A DNA stretch of 64,000 nucleotides from assembly GCF_000497125.1 (NCBI RefSeq), contig NC_090597.1, positions 1,065,797 to 1,129,796 of the forward strand. The letters run 5' to 3'. Shown piece after piece: positions 52,809-64,000 of this stretch; within the stretch, counting starts at the first letter, position 1, and each line of letters starts with the position of its first letter. Source of the DNA: Spironucleus salmonicida (Eukaryota). The translations under genes were made by a program, and so were the position numbers. The notes under the pieces are model-generated. The model did not search any database. It worked only from the letters and a program-made list of their open reading frames with translations, and was not told where the DNA came from.

Positions 52809-53357
52809 AATGAGGAGTTATTTTTATGAATTGAATGTATTGTATGCTAATAATAAGATTTATTAATTGAAATAGCGATTTTGTATGGCTTCATATAGTT
52901 AGTGGTTGGAAAATACAGTTATGAAGTTGATATTCCGAGTTAAATTGTTATATTATAGCAGTTGGTCAGGTTGTTTAATAGGAAATATTAAGTACTACTG
53001 TTAAAATTTCTACTTGACCCAAAGCAATCATATTATGTGCCAACATTATAAAGATATTTAAAAATAGCGTAGGGCTGCGTTAAGTTAGTCCTAGCACTTT
53101 ATAGATAATATAAGCTTTATTAAATTATAAATTCTTAATTTATTAGTTTTATTATTTCTCTAATAATGCCTATATTAGTACTAATAATGTTTAATTGAAA
53201 AAAACTGATTAATTATTAGTTTTATTGTTTTGAAGCAATTACAATATAAAAATGATGTTATGATATGTTTAAAATACTATATTCATAAATTTTTAAATAT
53301 TTCATCCAAAAAATATACTATATACACATTACTTAATAGGTAATTAAAATAATAGAA

Positions 53358-53792
53358 ATGAAGACAATGTAGTTACCAATACTATCTATCAAAAGATTAA
53401 GGCCTCACTAAATTTCAGCTCGGAATCATGGATAACTATTGGTTGAAAATGATAAAAGTTAGTTTATTTCACCATTTCCTAAGTAACCTAGATAGTAATT
53501 CACAACTATTCATTCAACTTTATTTAAAGAGCCTAGTTCCACAAATATCAATCCTTCAAAGTCATACTAATCAGAACTAAAGGTGAAAGATACAGTGAAG
53601 ATAAATTATGTTGACGAGTTCTATAAAAATCTGGCTCTAGCTTAAATACATGCTAACAATAATATTATGAGGGATAATATCATGACAAGATTGTAGTAAA
53701 GTAAAAGTTTTAGTAATTTGTAGCCATAAAGAAAGAGAAATAGTATTATTGTAAATGATTCTACTTATTGGTTTAGTAATAAAATTTAGTGA
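53358..53792 (+). CDS. Hypothetical protein (144 aa)
   Basis: Code-6 ORF MKTMQLPILS...NKIQ* ending TAG-TGA. Weak similarity to the 40072/41101 pair. Confidence 0.55.
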
Positions 53793-54119
53793 TCTATTCA
53801 AGTTAAAATAAAATTTATGACCTGATTTATATTATTTAATTAATTAAAAACTAGCATAATAAATAAATATAATCGAATATCCACACACATAACCTTAATT
53901 AAAATTAAAACGATAAGCTAGAATATAAAATCCTATTCGATAACAATTATAATAAACTAGTAATTACAAGTTTATGCATATATTAATTTACAAAACTCTT
54001 AAAAAGTGTATAAATTACAATAATCAGATATTTTTTGTTAAAAGCAAAAGCAGATTTTATATCAAATCTATTGTTCATAACAATCATTTTCATATTAAAA
54101 GCAAAATAAAGGTTACCTT

Positions 54120-54124
<5 letters not shown>

Positions 54125-54169
<45 letters not shown>
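54125..54169. repeat. (AT)n microsatellite
   Basis: About 22 AT units. Confidence 0.9.
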
Positions 54170-54173
<4 letters not shown>

Positions 54174-54218
54174 ACTAGTTCAATCATCCAAAACATATTA
54201 TTTTATATTTGATTTACC

Positions 54219-54512
54219 TCACTATATATTTTCATGCAGCCAAATTACTATAAATACTACCAAAATAACTAAAATCGCATTCAGATATAGTGATATTTAC
54301 AGCTAAATACCTTGGAAAGGTATTTTATGCTTTATATAGTCATTATCATGTTCAATTAAAATCATATCTGGAGTTTAAATGCGCAATAAATCTAACTATT
54401 ATTAGCCTTTGAGTATTTTATCTACAACAAAATCTATTACATCATTAGTTTAATTGATCTATTCAATAATGCTATGTGAGTGCGTATATAGTAGCAAAGC
54501 CCTATCTTCCAT
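54219..54512 (-). CDS. Possible tail-anchored R-SNARE-like protein (start uncertain)
   Basis: IEQINQTNDVIDFVVDKILKGQQQLDLL heptad segment and C-terminal TM AILVILVVFIVIWL. The frame stays open ~100 codons upstream without an ATG. Confidence 0.35.
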
Positions 54513-55246
54513 TAAAATTTGATCTAGCCTTTATTATAATATATTAATGCAATTATAAAAATTGATGAAAATTAATATAAAATTATTTATAGTATTAAAG
54601 TAATAATAGGAAACGTCACAATAATTATGGACTCTTAAAGGTTCTCTAATTTTACAATAAATCGATAATTAGTTTTCTTAGATTTATAAACTATCTATTT
54701 AAATTGGTCTTTAATATATGCCTATGAATTTTATCTTTAGTTTAAATATAAATATGTTTTTTGAATAATAATTTTTATGTCTAATTAGGATTTAAGGATA
54801 ATAAGAATTTTTAATCTCATATCATATCTAAATGATTTTTCAGAATAAGATATATATAACCAATCTGTGTCAAAACAAAATAATCTTCAATTACATATAC
54901 TTGTATTTTTAAATATAAGTAAATTATATATAGTAATATTTATTTAATTAATTAGGATAGTAGGACATTGGTTAGTTTCTATTATGAGTATTATTGAATC
55001 TGTTTTTAACTTTATTAAATATCTTTGTTTAAGTTTATTAAACATAGAATATATAGAATTTACTTCATGAAGTGATATCTACAATTTCGATAGTATAATA
55101 ATCATGCATATATATGATGTATGTAGAATAAATTAAAGTTGATCAAAATTGAGCAAACCTTAAGTATTATAAAATTGAAATTTCATTTTCAAATACAAAT
55201 TTATATAAATATTTAATGAATTAACATATATAAATTATTTTTGTAA

Positions 55247-55777
55247 ATGTCAATTGAAGACATTATCAGTCGAGGGAAATAGTGTTATAACAGCAAGAGT
55301 TAATACTCTCAATGCGCTGATATAGATTAGTTACCGCCTTAATAAGTCGGACTAGCTAATACGTTTATTCCATAAAACTGTTCGAATGTATCTGTTATTC
55401 ATAATGTTAGTTTAGATGCACATTAAGATAATTCTGATTCTACAGTATCTTTAAAAAGTCAAATAGGATAACTTAGTGGTGAATTTGAGTTAAAGGATAT
55501 GTAGTTTAGCTAAGATATTATAATTTAACAGAATTAAGAATTAGATGATCTGCCGTTACAAGTATCAGCTTTAAATTTTTAAAATGAAGAGGTAATATTC
55601 ATGGAGGATTTAAAGTTTCGAAAGATCCATCTACTTGATAAGTACAAGGTAAACACTACTGATCTAGAATATTATTCATATATTAAAACTCAAATTGAAT
55701 AAGTTTTAGGAAAACCTATATAAACAATTGAATAAGGGGTTAGATTGTTAGTTAAAACTATAAGTTAGAAGCAGTGA
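55247..55777 (+). CDS. Hypothetical protein (176 aa); C-terminal domain shared with 4495-4956
   Basis: Ends RKIHLLDKYKVNTTDLEYYSYIKTQIEQVLGKPIQTIEQGVRLLVKTISQKQ* (CAG-TGA). Confidence 0.7.
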
Positions 55778-56551
55778 TATTAAAAGTTCACCACAAGCTT
55801 TAAGGATGCGTCAATAAAATAAGTAAAATCCTAATTAATACTAGCATTTCTTTTATTTAAGCTGAAATTTAGTTTTTACGCCAAAATTTAAATGAATTAA
55901 TATATTATTCAGGGTAAAACTTTTAATTGTAATAATATTAACTACGTTGTCTAAAGAAGAATCAAATTACTTGTTCACCCAACTAAATAAAATAATAGTT
56001 TCGTATGAGTTTACTAATATAAAGTTAAAATTAATTACTGCATTTATTAATTTCTTACTATAGTAGATTTAATTATATATTAGTGGTAAAATTATAAGTA
56101 ACTCTATTTTTATAAAAATATTAATGAACCAGTATTGTGTAATGATTAATTTATAAATTATGCTAAGCCATAATTTTAACAACTAATCTAAAGTGAAGGC
56201 TCTAGTGTTGATCCTATATTATTACATTAACAAATTTGCATTTTTATTTACTTTAAGCTAATACAACATCATTAGAATATTTTAGTTTAATAAAACTGTA
56301 AATAATATATAATATATTTATATAAAATTATTAAAAAATAAATAATATTTATTATACTCTATCATTCAATTAATTGCTAGATAGTATTATATATTTTATG
56401 TATGTAGACGATACTGTATTAATAGTTTTATATTTTATCAAAATCATTTAATTTGTTACAATAGCATAATTCAATATAATTTTAGAAAAAATTGCTGATA
56501 TTATTATATCATTATAATTTATTGTTTCAAGATTATAAATTTCGTTCCAAA

Positions 56552-56794
56552 ATGTCTAATATGTTTGACATTTAATTATAACAAGAGAGCAGGAAAATAA
56601 TAGAGCTAGGCATTCAAACATCTGTGCGAAAAGACTACAAATAACTCTTAGCTAACGTCATCACAAGCACGGAATCAAGGCAAAGAAACGATCCTCTAAT
56701 TTTACTATTATCTATGATTATCCTTCTATTCGCCCTTATTGTCTTTATTTTTATTTGGACTCAAACACAAGCCAATGGCACATTTTATCAGTGA
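56552..56794 (+). CDS. Small single-pass membrane protein (80 aa)
   Basis: MSNMFDIQ...LILLLSMIILLFALIVFIFIW...FYQ* ending CAG-TGA. Confidence 0.6.
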
Positions 56795-56887
56795 TATCAA
56801 TTTTCACACAATCATTAAAACTATATACCTATTTTAATATATTTTATCTTTTATTATAATTCTTTTCATTTTTCCTTCCCTTCCCAA

Positions 56888-58201
56888 ATGGACGAAGCAA
56901 AATTACTCCAACTCGAGATGTGGCGTCTGCGCAAGCAGCTATAGAAGCTCGACAACACCAATACAAACAGTACATCAGTAGTATCCCTTGTTATGCCACC
57001 TGGTGAAGACATCAACAAAATGGTTTAGATGCTTAATTAAGAAGCCACACAGGCAGATTGCATTAAGTCTCGCCAAAATCGTTAAGCTGTGCAGACAGCT
57101 ATCATTTTAGCGGCCAATAGATGCAAATTGTATCCTAAAATGCCTAAAAATGGTCTTGCTGTATTTGCTGGCGAGGTTTACGTAGATGGAAAAATCAAAA
57201 AAATTGCAGTACATTTCAGTCCATGCAAACCAATAGGTAACTTCATGTACTCCTGTGATGGAGTGTTCCACACTTAAGAAGTCAAGGACTTGCTTACCGT
57301 TGAGGAGGTCTACGGGTTCATCATTATGGATGGACATGGCACTCTGATAGCTACTTTATGTGGTAGTCACAGAGAGATTAAACACAGAATGCTTGTTGAT
57401 TTGCCCAAAAAACACGGACGTGGTGGTCAGTCCAGTGTTAGATTCGCTAGATTGCGCATGGAAGCGCGTGGAAATTACGTCAAAATTATTACGGAGTTAT
57501 GTACTAAATACTTCATTACTGGTGATAGACTTAATGTTTCTGGTGTGATTTTAGCTGGTAGCGCTGACTTTAAAGACGTTTTGGCTGGAAGCGACTTTAT
57601 GGACCCTAGAATCAAAGAAGGTATTATTAAATAAGTTGATATCGGCTATGGTATGGAGTAAGGCTTATCTCAAGCTATTGAACAAGCTGGAGATATTTTA
57701 AAGGATGTTCGCTTGTTTAAAGAGGTCAAAATCATCAATGAGTTTTTAGATCATATTTCTCGAGACACTAGAAAATACTGCTTTGGTATTATAGACACAC
57801 TGAGATGCTTAGAAATGGGAAGTGTTGAACATTTAGTTGTTTGGGAAGACTTCCCATGGGACAGAGTTTAATGCAGAAATTCTGAAGGAACCGAGTATTA
57901 TAAATTGGTAAATACTGTTACTGGCGCTATCAATTTAGTTGATAACGATGAATCAATTAGATAGGGCGAAGAAGAAATTGAAGCAGAACTTTTTGTTGAA
58001 TGGCTTGCACAAAATATTGAGAAATTCGGAGCAGAAATTCATTTGGTGACTGAAAACTCAAATGAAGGCACTTAGTTTTGTAGCGGTTTTGGTGGTCTAG
58101 GTGGAATTTTAAGATGGCAAATGGACCTCAATGAGCTAGGCAAATATATGGATATTGGCAAGGAAAATAACGACCTAGACGATTTAGAAGACTTTATGTG
58201 A
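56888..58201 (+). CDS. eRF1: Eukaryotic peptide chain release factor 1 (437 aa)
   Basis: KKHGRGGQS, YSCDGVF (YxCxxxF), CIKS (NIKS equivalent), LAGSADFK, GFGGLGGILR. Many in-frame TAA/TAG. Confidence 0.97.
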
Positions 58202-58310
58202 GAGATGATCGATTTTGTTCTTAGTGTATAGTTTTCATAAATCAAATTAGATTTTATTGTTAAATTTATACATTTTTAATAATGTAATATAATATATAAT
58301 AATACCAATT

Positions 58311-58589
58311 TCACTTCCTTTAAATTTTATAACCCACGCTCGAACTCGAAAAACTTAGCTGCGAGATCGGCTTCCTGACGAATCGTGATGAGGGCGAGTA
58401 GGAAAAATCTATCGACGATTTCTGCTTTTCCTATAGTATACTTTTGCGAGTTTCAGCATTAAAATTTTGCTGAATTTTGCTATTGCAGCGGTCAGCCTCC
58501 AGTTCACTCCTCACTTATTTGAGCATTGCAGATTGGTTGTATGTTTGTACATGATTATTCGTTCCGAAATTTGAAAAAAAGTTTTCCAT
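58311..58589 (-). CDS. Small hypothetical protein (92 aa)
   Basis: MENFFSNFG...IQRK* ending AAG-TGA, convergent with eRF1. Confidence 0.5.
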
Positions 58590-59019
58590 TTTGCGGGAAT
58601 GAAAGATACTTTTAATAATATAATAATCAATATATTTTTGTCAGTAAATTAAATACATATTAATGCATATTATATAATAATATATTTTGGAATAATAAAT
58701 AAATCAGAATTAGGAAAGAGTAAAATAAATAATATGAGTGTATAATAATTATAATTAACTGTTCTGCTAACTTATTGTTAAAATACGTCTATTTTAAGTT
58801 TGCAGCGGTTGATATGCCCAATAAGGGTATTAAGAGCCTAATAATGAATTTACTATTTCAGAAAATAGTTATGTTGAGTTTTGTCTAATTGATAGGATGC
58901 GGCAGCGTGCATGTCTGGCGGGGCGGTCTGTACCCCTGCGCCAGCCGTGTGGGCCGTTCGTTGGTCACCGTTCGTCCCGGGCGCGGCTCTGAGCACTCGG
59001 CCCGTTCCACTCCACATCA

Positions 59020-59361
59020 ATGCTGGCCGTCCTGTCACACGTGCTGAACATGCAGAGCGCCGCGGGCCTGGAGGAGGCGCTGCAGGCGAACCGCTACACC
59101 TTCGTGAAGTTCTACCTGGCGCACTGCAAGCACTGCCAGCAGCTCTCCCCGCGCTTCTACGACCTCTCGGACGCCGCCCCGGCCGGAGTGGCGCTCGCGC
59201 AGTTCAACTGCGCCCTGGACCGCGTCACCTGCGACACGCATGGCGTCGACGGCGTCCCGGGGCTGGTGCTCTTCCGCGGGGGGCAGCGCGTCGCCGAGTA
59301 CGACAGCCTCTGGCGCGACGTGAAGCCGATGCGCAGGTGGCTCGAGGAGCAGATGGAGTGA
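59020..59361 (+). CDS. Thioredoxin/PDI-like protein (copy 2)
   Basis: One R/G difference from 51470-51811. Confidence 0.85.
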   Translation: MLAVLSHVLNMQSAAGLEEALQANRYTFVKFYLAHCKHCQQLSPRFYDLSDAAPAGVALAQFNCALDRVTCDTHGVDGVPGLVLFRGGQRVAEYDSLWRDVKPMRRWLEEQME

Positions 59362-59461
59362 GGTCGTTTCGTCGTTGGCGCGCAGTTCCGCAGGCCCGTC
59401 TGTCCCCGTGGCGCAGGTGTTACTGGCCGGTTAGGGCGCGAGTGCGTAAAACGGCGGTCAC

Positions 59462-60328
59462 TCAGTTCCAGAACGACTGGAAGGCCTGGCTCTCGATGCC
59501 GGCCTCGTTGGCGCCCCTCACGATCTTGAAGAAGCCCTGCTCGCCCCACGCCTCGCCCCAGCTGTTCTTCACGATCCAGAACCGGGTCTCGCCCTCGGCG
59601 CCCCAGCCCACGATCTGCACGCCCTGGAAGCCGATGAGCTCGCCGACCGTGTGCTCGTAGACGCCGCTGGCGTAGTAGAGGAAGTCCTCGTAGATCTCGA
59701 TCTCGGCGACCAGGGGCGCCTTCAGCAGCTGCAGCAGCATGCTGTGCTCGCCCACCACCTTCACCTCGCCGTCGGACTTGGCCTTGGCCGGCATCCTGCT
59801 GCCGTCGTCGCACCGGGTGGGGCACTTGCCGGAGTCGCCGGTGAGCCCGCTGACGTAGCCGACGCAGCGCTCGGTGGAGACGCCGCTCTTGACGAGGTAG
59901 TCCGAGCCGTAGGAGGTGAAGCCGTGCTGGCAGCCGTAGGCGTGCGCGTCGCAGGAGATCATCTCCTGGAAGGAGTAGGAGGTGTGCGCGGCGTCGACGC
60001 CCGTGATGCAGCGGACGGCGGCGAAGGTGAGGATGTTGGTGAAGGCCCAGCCGGCGTTGCAGCTCAGCTGGTCCTTGACGAACTGCGTGCACTCGGGGCG
60101 CTGGTCGGGCCAGAAGAAGCTCTGGGGGATGGGCGCCGCCGCGGGGACGAAAGGGGGGAGGCCGGAGCGCGGGCGCTGCTCCCTGGCGACGGAGGCGGCG
60201 TGGATCTGCTCGAGGCTCTTGCGCGCGAAGTAGTCGGGCATGGTGGCGCTCCAGGTGCGGCCCTGGTGCGCGTTGATGAGGTCCAGCGTCCTCTGCGAGA
60301 GGAAGCCTGCGGAGAGGGTCAGCAGCAT
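59462..60328 (-). CDS. Cathepsin B-like non-catalytic protein (copy 2)
   Basis: One A/T difference from 50503-51369. Confidence 0.9.
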   Translation of the reverse strand: MLLTLSAGFLSQRTLDLINAHQGRTWSATMPDYFARKSLEQIHAASVAREQRPRSGLPPFVPAAAPIPQSFFWPDQRPECTQFVKDQLSCNAGWAFTNILTFAAVRCITGVDAAHTSYSFQEMISCDAHAYGCQHGFTSYGSDYLVKSGVSTERCVGYVSGLTGDSGKCPTRCDDGSRMPAKAKSDGEVKVVGEHSMLLQLLKAPLVAEIEIYEDFLYYASGVYEHTVGELIGFQGVQIVGWGAEGETRFWIVKNSWGEAWGEQGFFKIVRGANEAGIESQAFQSFWN

Positions 60329-60624
60329 TGTGGGAGTGGAACGGGCGGTTTTTGTGCGGAAGGGCCGCGCGGGCAGGCCGCCACGCCGAAACTATCCCGC
60401 TCCGCGCTGGGCGCTCAAACCACTTTTACCGTAAAATAGGAAGGTGGAAATATAGGTATTCGGGGCGATGCAGCGGATATTAGCGACCGCTCCCTGCCTG
60501 CAAAGTATACATATCTGCGGTAATCGGTATTTCTAATAAGGTCATGTAACACAAATTAAGAATCAGTTTAGGGAGCGGGTTTTAGCTCATATTGGGGCGT
60601 CCAGCACTCTCGGCATTTTCACAA

Positions 60625-61893
60625 ATGGCGGCCACAGGCAAGAAACCGGCCATCTCCCTCGTCGTCTGGATCTACATCGTCTCGGGGCTCGTCTGCTCCA
60701 CCGGCTGCGGCCTCGTCGCGAAGGCGATGTTCCTCGAGACGCTGCCCACCTGCCCCACCTGCGCGGCGGTCCCCTTCAACCACCCCTACATGCAGACGCT
60801 CTTCATGTTCATCGGCGAGTTCTGCTGCATCTTCATCTGGCTCACGAGCGAGTTCGTGAGGAAGCACAGGGCGCTGCCCCAGACGCCCCTGAAGGAGGGC
60901 AAGACCTTCTACCGCTTCATCCCGCACACCTTCCTGTTCGCGATCCCGACCATCTTCGACCTGGTGTCCTCCACGATGTTCAACATCGGGAACTACTACT
61001 CGGACCCCTCGGTGTACGCGATCCTGACCAACATGACCGTGGTCTTCGTGGCCCTCGTCTCGCTCTGCATCTTCCGCGACTACCGCCAGCGCTTCGACCT
61101 GCCCCAGCTGATGGGGCTCGTGATCCTCTTCCTGGGCGCCACCATCATCGCCCTCGGCAGCATCCTCTTCACCCAGCAGAACTCGGTCGCGCTCAACCCC
61201 GCGATGGGCATCATCTTCACGCTGCTGGGCTGCTTCATTGCGTCCTGGTTCTACCTGGCCGAGGAGCTGTCCCTGCGCCGGATCCAGACCATCGGCTTCA
61301 TGGGCGTCGCGAACGAGGGCGGCTGGGGGCTCATCTTCTGCGCTATCGCGCTCCCCATTCTCAACATCGTGACGGACCCGCTCTCGACCACGATACCCAA
61401 GTCCAACTTCGAGGACCTCGCGGGCTGGGCGTACCAGATGTCCATCTCGTACAAGCAGGTGCTGTACCACATCTTCTACGCGCTGTTCGTGCTGGTGCTC
61501 AACTTCACCGGCATGGAGATCACCAACCACGTCTCGGCCGCCACCCGCACCACCTTCGGCTCGCTGAAGCCCATCCTGGTCTGGATCATGTCCATCTCGC
61601 TCGGCTGGGAGCCCTGGAACCCGCAGTCGACGCCCGTCAAGTGGGCCGGCTTCGTGGTGGTCACCTGCGGGGTGCTCATCTTCAACAACGTCCTCCTCGT
61701 CATCCCCTTCCTGAAGCGTCCCAACCAGGTCCTGCACGGCAAGTGGATGGGCCGGCACAAGCCCGAGGACCAGGCCGCCCCAGACGCGGACTGCCCGGCC
61801 GAGGACTTCAAACAGACCGTCGACCGGGCCGCGGAGGACGAGATCATCACCGCCGTGGAGACGCGCGCCGAGCCCCTGGAGCGCGTGCACTGA
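60625..61893 (+). CDS. DMT/SLC35F6-like transporter (copy 2)
   Basis: Same protein as 48938-50206. Confidence 0.85.
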   Translation: MAATGKKPAISLVVWIYIVSGLVCSTGCGLVAKAMFLETLPTCPTCAAVPFNHPYMQTLFMFIGEFCCIFIWLTSEFVRKHRALPQTPLKEGKTFYRFIPHTFLFAIPTIFDLVSSTMFNIGNYYSDPSVYAILTNMTVVFVALVSLCIFRDYRQRFDLPQLMGLVILFLGATIIALGSILFTQQNSVALNPAMGIIFTLLGCFIASWFYLAEELSLRRIQTIGFMGVANEGGWGLIFCAIALPILNIVTDPLSTTIPKSNFEDLAGWAYQMSISYKQVLYHIFYALFVLVLNFTGMEITNHVSAATRTTFGSLKPILVWIMSISLGWEPWNPQSTPVKWAGFVVVTCGVLIFNNVLLVIPFLKRPNQVLHGKWMGRHKPEDQAAPDADCPAEDFKQTVDRAAEDEIITAVETRAEPLERVH

Positions 61894-61936
61894 GTCGATA
61901 AATTCCTTCACTTTCCGGGATCACCTCCCCTCCACA

Positions 61937-62167
61937 ATGTCCGAGTTCCTCGCCCAGCAGACCCACGCCTTCGCGGCCTACGTCGGCCGGCAGGTGGCGG
62001 TCGTCACGGACACCGGCGCCCACTTCACCGGGACGCTGCTCTCCTACGACCTCTACGGCAACCTGGTGCTGGACGGCGCCGCGCAGAGGCTCTCCAGCAC
62101 GGAGCTGGCCCCCGCCGGCGTCACCACCATCCAGGCGTCCCGCGTGCAGTTCGTGGGGCTGCTCTGA
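61937..62167 (+). CDS. Sm/LSm-family protein (copy 2)
   Basis: Same protein as 48664-48894. Confidence 0.85.
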   Translation: MSEFLAQQTHAFAAYVGRQVAVVTDTGAHFTGTLLSYDLYGNLVLDGAAQRLSSTELAPAGVTTIQASRVQFVGLL

Positions 62168-62187
62168 CGTGATTCGAAGCCTCTCAC

Positions 62188-63264
62188 TCAGTAGGTCGCG
62201 CTGACCTCCCGCGTCGTGCACTCTGCGTCCGTGAGCCGGTCGACGGAGATCAGGTGCGCCTTCTCCTCGAGGATCGGGTACCTGCTGATCCTGCCCGTCT
62301 TCTTCAGCCACACGATGAGCAGCACGAGGCCCACTAGCAGCGCCGTGCAGCCCACGCCCCCGAGGGCGATGTACCCCCAGACCGGCATCCTGAACCCGCT
62401 CGCCGGCTGCACCCCGGTCACGAAGGCGTAGTCCCCGAAGGCGAACACCGCCCCCACCGAGTACGCCATGTGCCGCCTGAGCTCGGCCACGCCCTGGAAC
62501 CCCAGCTCGCCGGCCGCCGATCTCCCCAGGGCGTACAGGTCGCCGCCCTTGAGGTACAGCACGCCGTCGGCGGTCAGCGCGTAGGAGGCGACGCCCGAGT
62601 CCACCTGCAGCGTGTCGTAGAACAGCGCCCCGGCAGCGCCCAGGTAGGTTGACGCGTTCGTGAACTGGAGGCACTCGGCCTGCTGGCGGACGTACCGGCC
62701 GCGCTTGGCGACGTACACCACCATCCCGCTGTAGAGCGCCAGCACGCCGTCGAAAATAGTCAACTTGGTCACCGGGAACGGCACCTTCAAGGGGGCGAAC
62801 TCGCCATTCTCGGTCGTGAAGACGCTGCCCTCGCTCAGGAGGTAGACCGTCTTGTTGCTGGCCAGGATCTGCGCTATCGGGCCGCCAAACGGCACCTCCA
62901 GCGCGACTTCGGTGTGGTTGGTGCCCTGGAACAGGCCCAGCACGAGCACTGCGGCGGCGGTCTGGACAGCCAGGAAGTGGTCCGCGCAGGAGATGTTCAC
63001 CGCCGCTATGCCGTCCAGCTGGCGCAGCGGCTTCGGAGCCTCGAAGTACGTGAAGCCCTCGAACAGGTTCCTGCCCCAGGCAAGCACCCTGCCGTCCGCG
63101 AGCCCGAAGGCCCTATCCCTGCAGAGGGCCAGGTGCTCGAAGGCGGTGTCCAGCCCAGCGAAGGCGTACACGTTGGAAGTGACCTTTGGTGAGAGGGAGA
63201 GGCCCAGCTTCCCGCTGTAGTTGGAGCCGGAGGCCAGCGTGGAAGCGGCGAGGAGCGCCAGCAT
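62188..63264 (-). CDS. RCC1-like type I membrane protein (copy 2)
   Basis: One D/G difference from 47567-48643. Confidence 0.75.
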   Translation of the reverse strand: MLALLAASTLASGSNYSGKLGLSLSPKVTSNVYAFAGLDTAFEHLALCRDRAFGLADGRVLAWGRNLFEGFTYFEAPKPLRQLDGIAAVNISCADHFLAVQTAAAVLVLGLFQGTNHTEVALEVPFGGPIAQILASNKTVYLLSEGSVFTTENGEFAPLKVPFPVTKLTIFDGVLALYSGMVVYVAKRGRYVRQQAECLQFTNASTYLGAAGALFYDTLQVDSGVASYALTADGVLYLKGGDLYALGRSAAGELGFQGVAELRRHMAYSVGAVFAFGDYAFVTGVQPASGFRMPVWGYIALGGVGCTALLVGLVLLIVWLKKTGRISRYPILEEKAHLISVDRLTDAECTTREVSATY

Positions 63265-64000
63265 TGTGATCTTTGGGGTACGGGCTGTAATGCCATATAA
63301 TAGGTGTCCCGCAGAATGGGAAAGGAAGCGGAGATCTGCAATGGTAGGGCCGAGCGCCGCACATGCGCACAAGCAGTGCTGGCTAAAGCAGCTTGGCGGT
63401 CGGTTCGTAGGTTCCACCGAGTGCGGTAGGGGCTGAGTACTGTTTCAGCCCGCCAACCGCCGCTACCACCAGGTCGCTGGATTCCGCCAGGCACGCGCCC
63501 TGGAAGGACCGGGCCGTTGGTGTCAGAGCATTACCAGGGCGGAGCAGGGCTGATAAATGGACGCGAATGGTAATAAGGCTGGCAACATAGGATACTGCAA
63601 TAAAGCGGTAGGGCTTCGAAACCCTGGCCAGCGTAATGTAGTAAAAAGGAATCACTCAGATACCTATCGCTATAACTAAGACTGAGGACATGATTTTCGG
63701 CTGAGCAGGGGTTTGCTAGTAAAGGCACGCAGCGTACATCAGGCTGGGGAAAGGCCCGTTTAAAATACCATCACATAGCGTAATACATATTTGTTGAAGT
63801 ATAATAATAATTAATTTCATTTTTAAAAATGATAAAATTTCCATTAGCATTATCTTATCATACGATTAATCTCTATTTGTTTATACTATTTAGTGAAGGT
63901 ACAAGTAGGTTGTCTTATTTTATACTATAAGGAATATTAAATGTCTTTGTCACTAAAGGAAGATTACGAAATGTAGTCATAAATAAAAAACTCTATAGTA

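Larger units (their letters stand above)
58963..63810 (-). repeat. Right arm of the GC-rich inverted segmental duplication
   Basis: Near-identical reverse complement of 47020-51868. Confidence 0.95.

Noticed and set aside
53974-54306. 110-aa ORF with an IYIYIY run
   Set aside because: Artefact of the (AT)n microsatellite.
47020-63810. Inverted arms as TIRs of a transposon or a bacterial HGT island
   Set aside because: The arms hold eukaryotic-type genes (LSm, cathepsin, SLC35), with no transposase, terminal motif or TSD.
1-64000. Apparent widespread pseudogenisation from in-frame TAA/TAG
   Set aside because: Conserved genes (eRF1, DRC7) read through TAA/TAG in frame and end in TGA, so this is code 6. 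Only the element genes show real TGA or frameshift damage, apart from one CRMP homopolymer.
1-64000. CRISPR arrays, rRNA or tRNA genes
   Set aside because: No repeat-spacer array or recognisable rRNA/tRNA signature was seen. A tRNAscan-SE/Infernal run would be needed to exclude them fully.

Overview
Eukaryotic, largely intron-free, AT-rich DNA that uses translation table 6 (TAA/TAG = Gln, TGA the only stop). The supplied ORF track therefore fragments most genes. The code, the CXXC-rich membrane proteins and the AGTGA stop context point to a hexamitid diplomonad, most likely Spironucleus (inference). Host genes include DRC7/CCDC135, three cysteine-rich membrane proteins (CRMPs), a Nup98-like protein, an EF-hand protein, eRF1 and several hypothetical proteins. 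The main find is an ~11 kb Polinton/Maverick-like element (23805-34836) that is invisible in the standard-code track. It has 1864-bp terminal inverted repeats (TIRs) beginning AGTAGT, a decayed protein-primed DNA polymerase B, a decayed A32-like packaging ATPase, two orphan ORFs and a possible integrase inside each TIR. It abuts a truncated element of a second, related family (34837-35966) and sits between two duplicated CRMP genes. A ~4.85 kb, very GC-rich five-gene cassette is present as a near-identical inverted duplication (47020-51868 / 58963-63810). The spacer between the arms holds an eRF1 with altered stop-recognition motifs. All translations were done by eye and no database searches were run.
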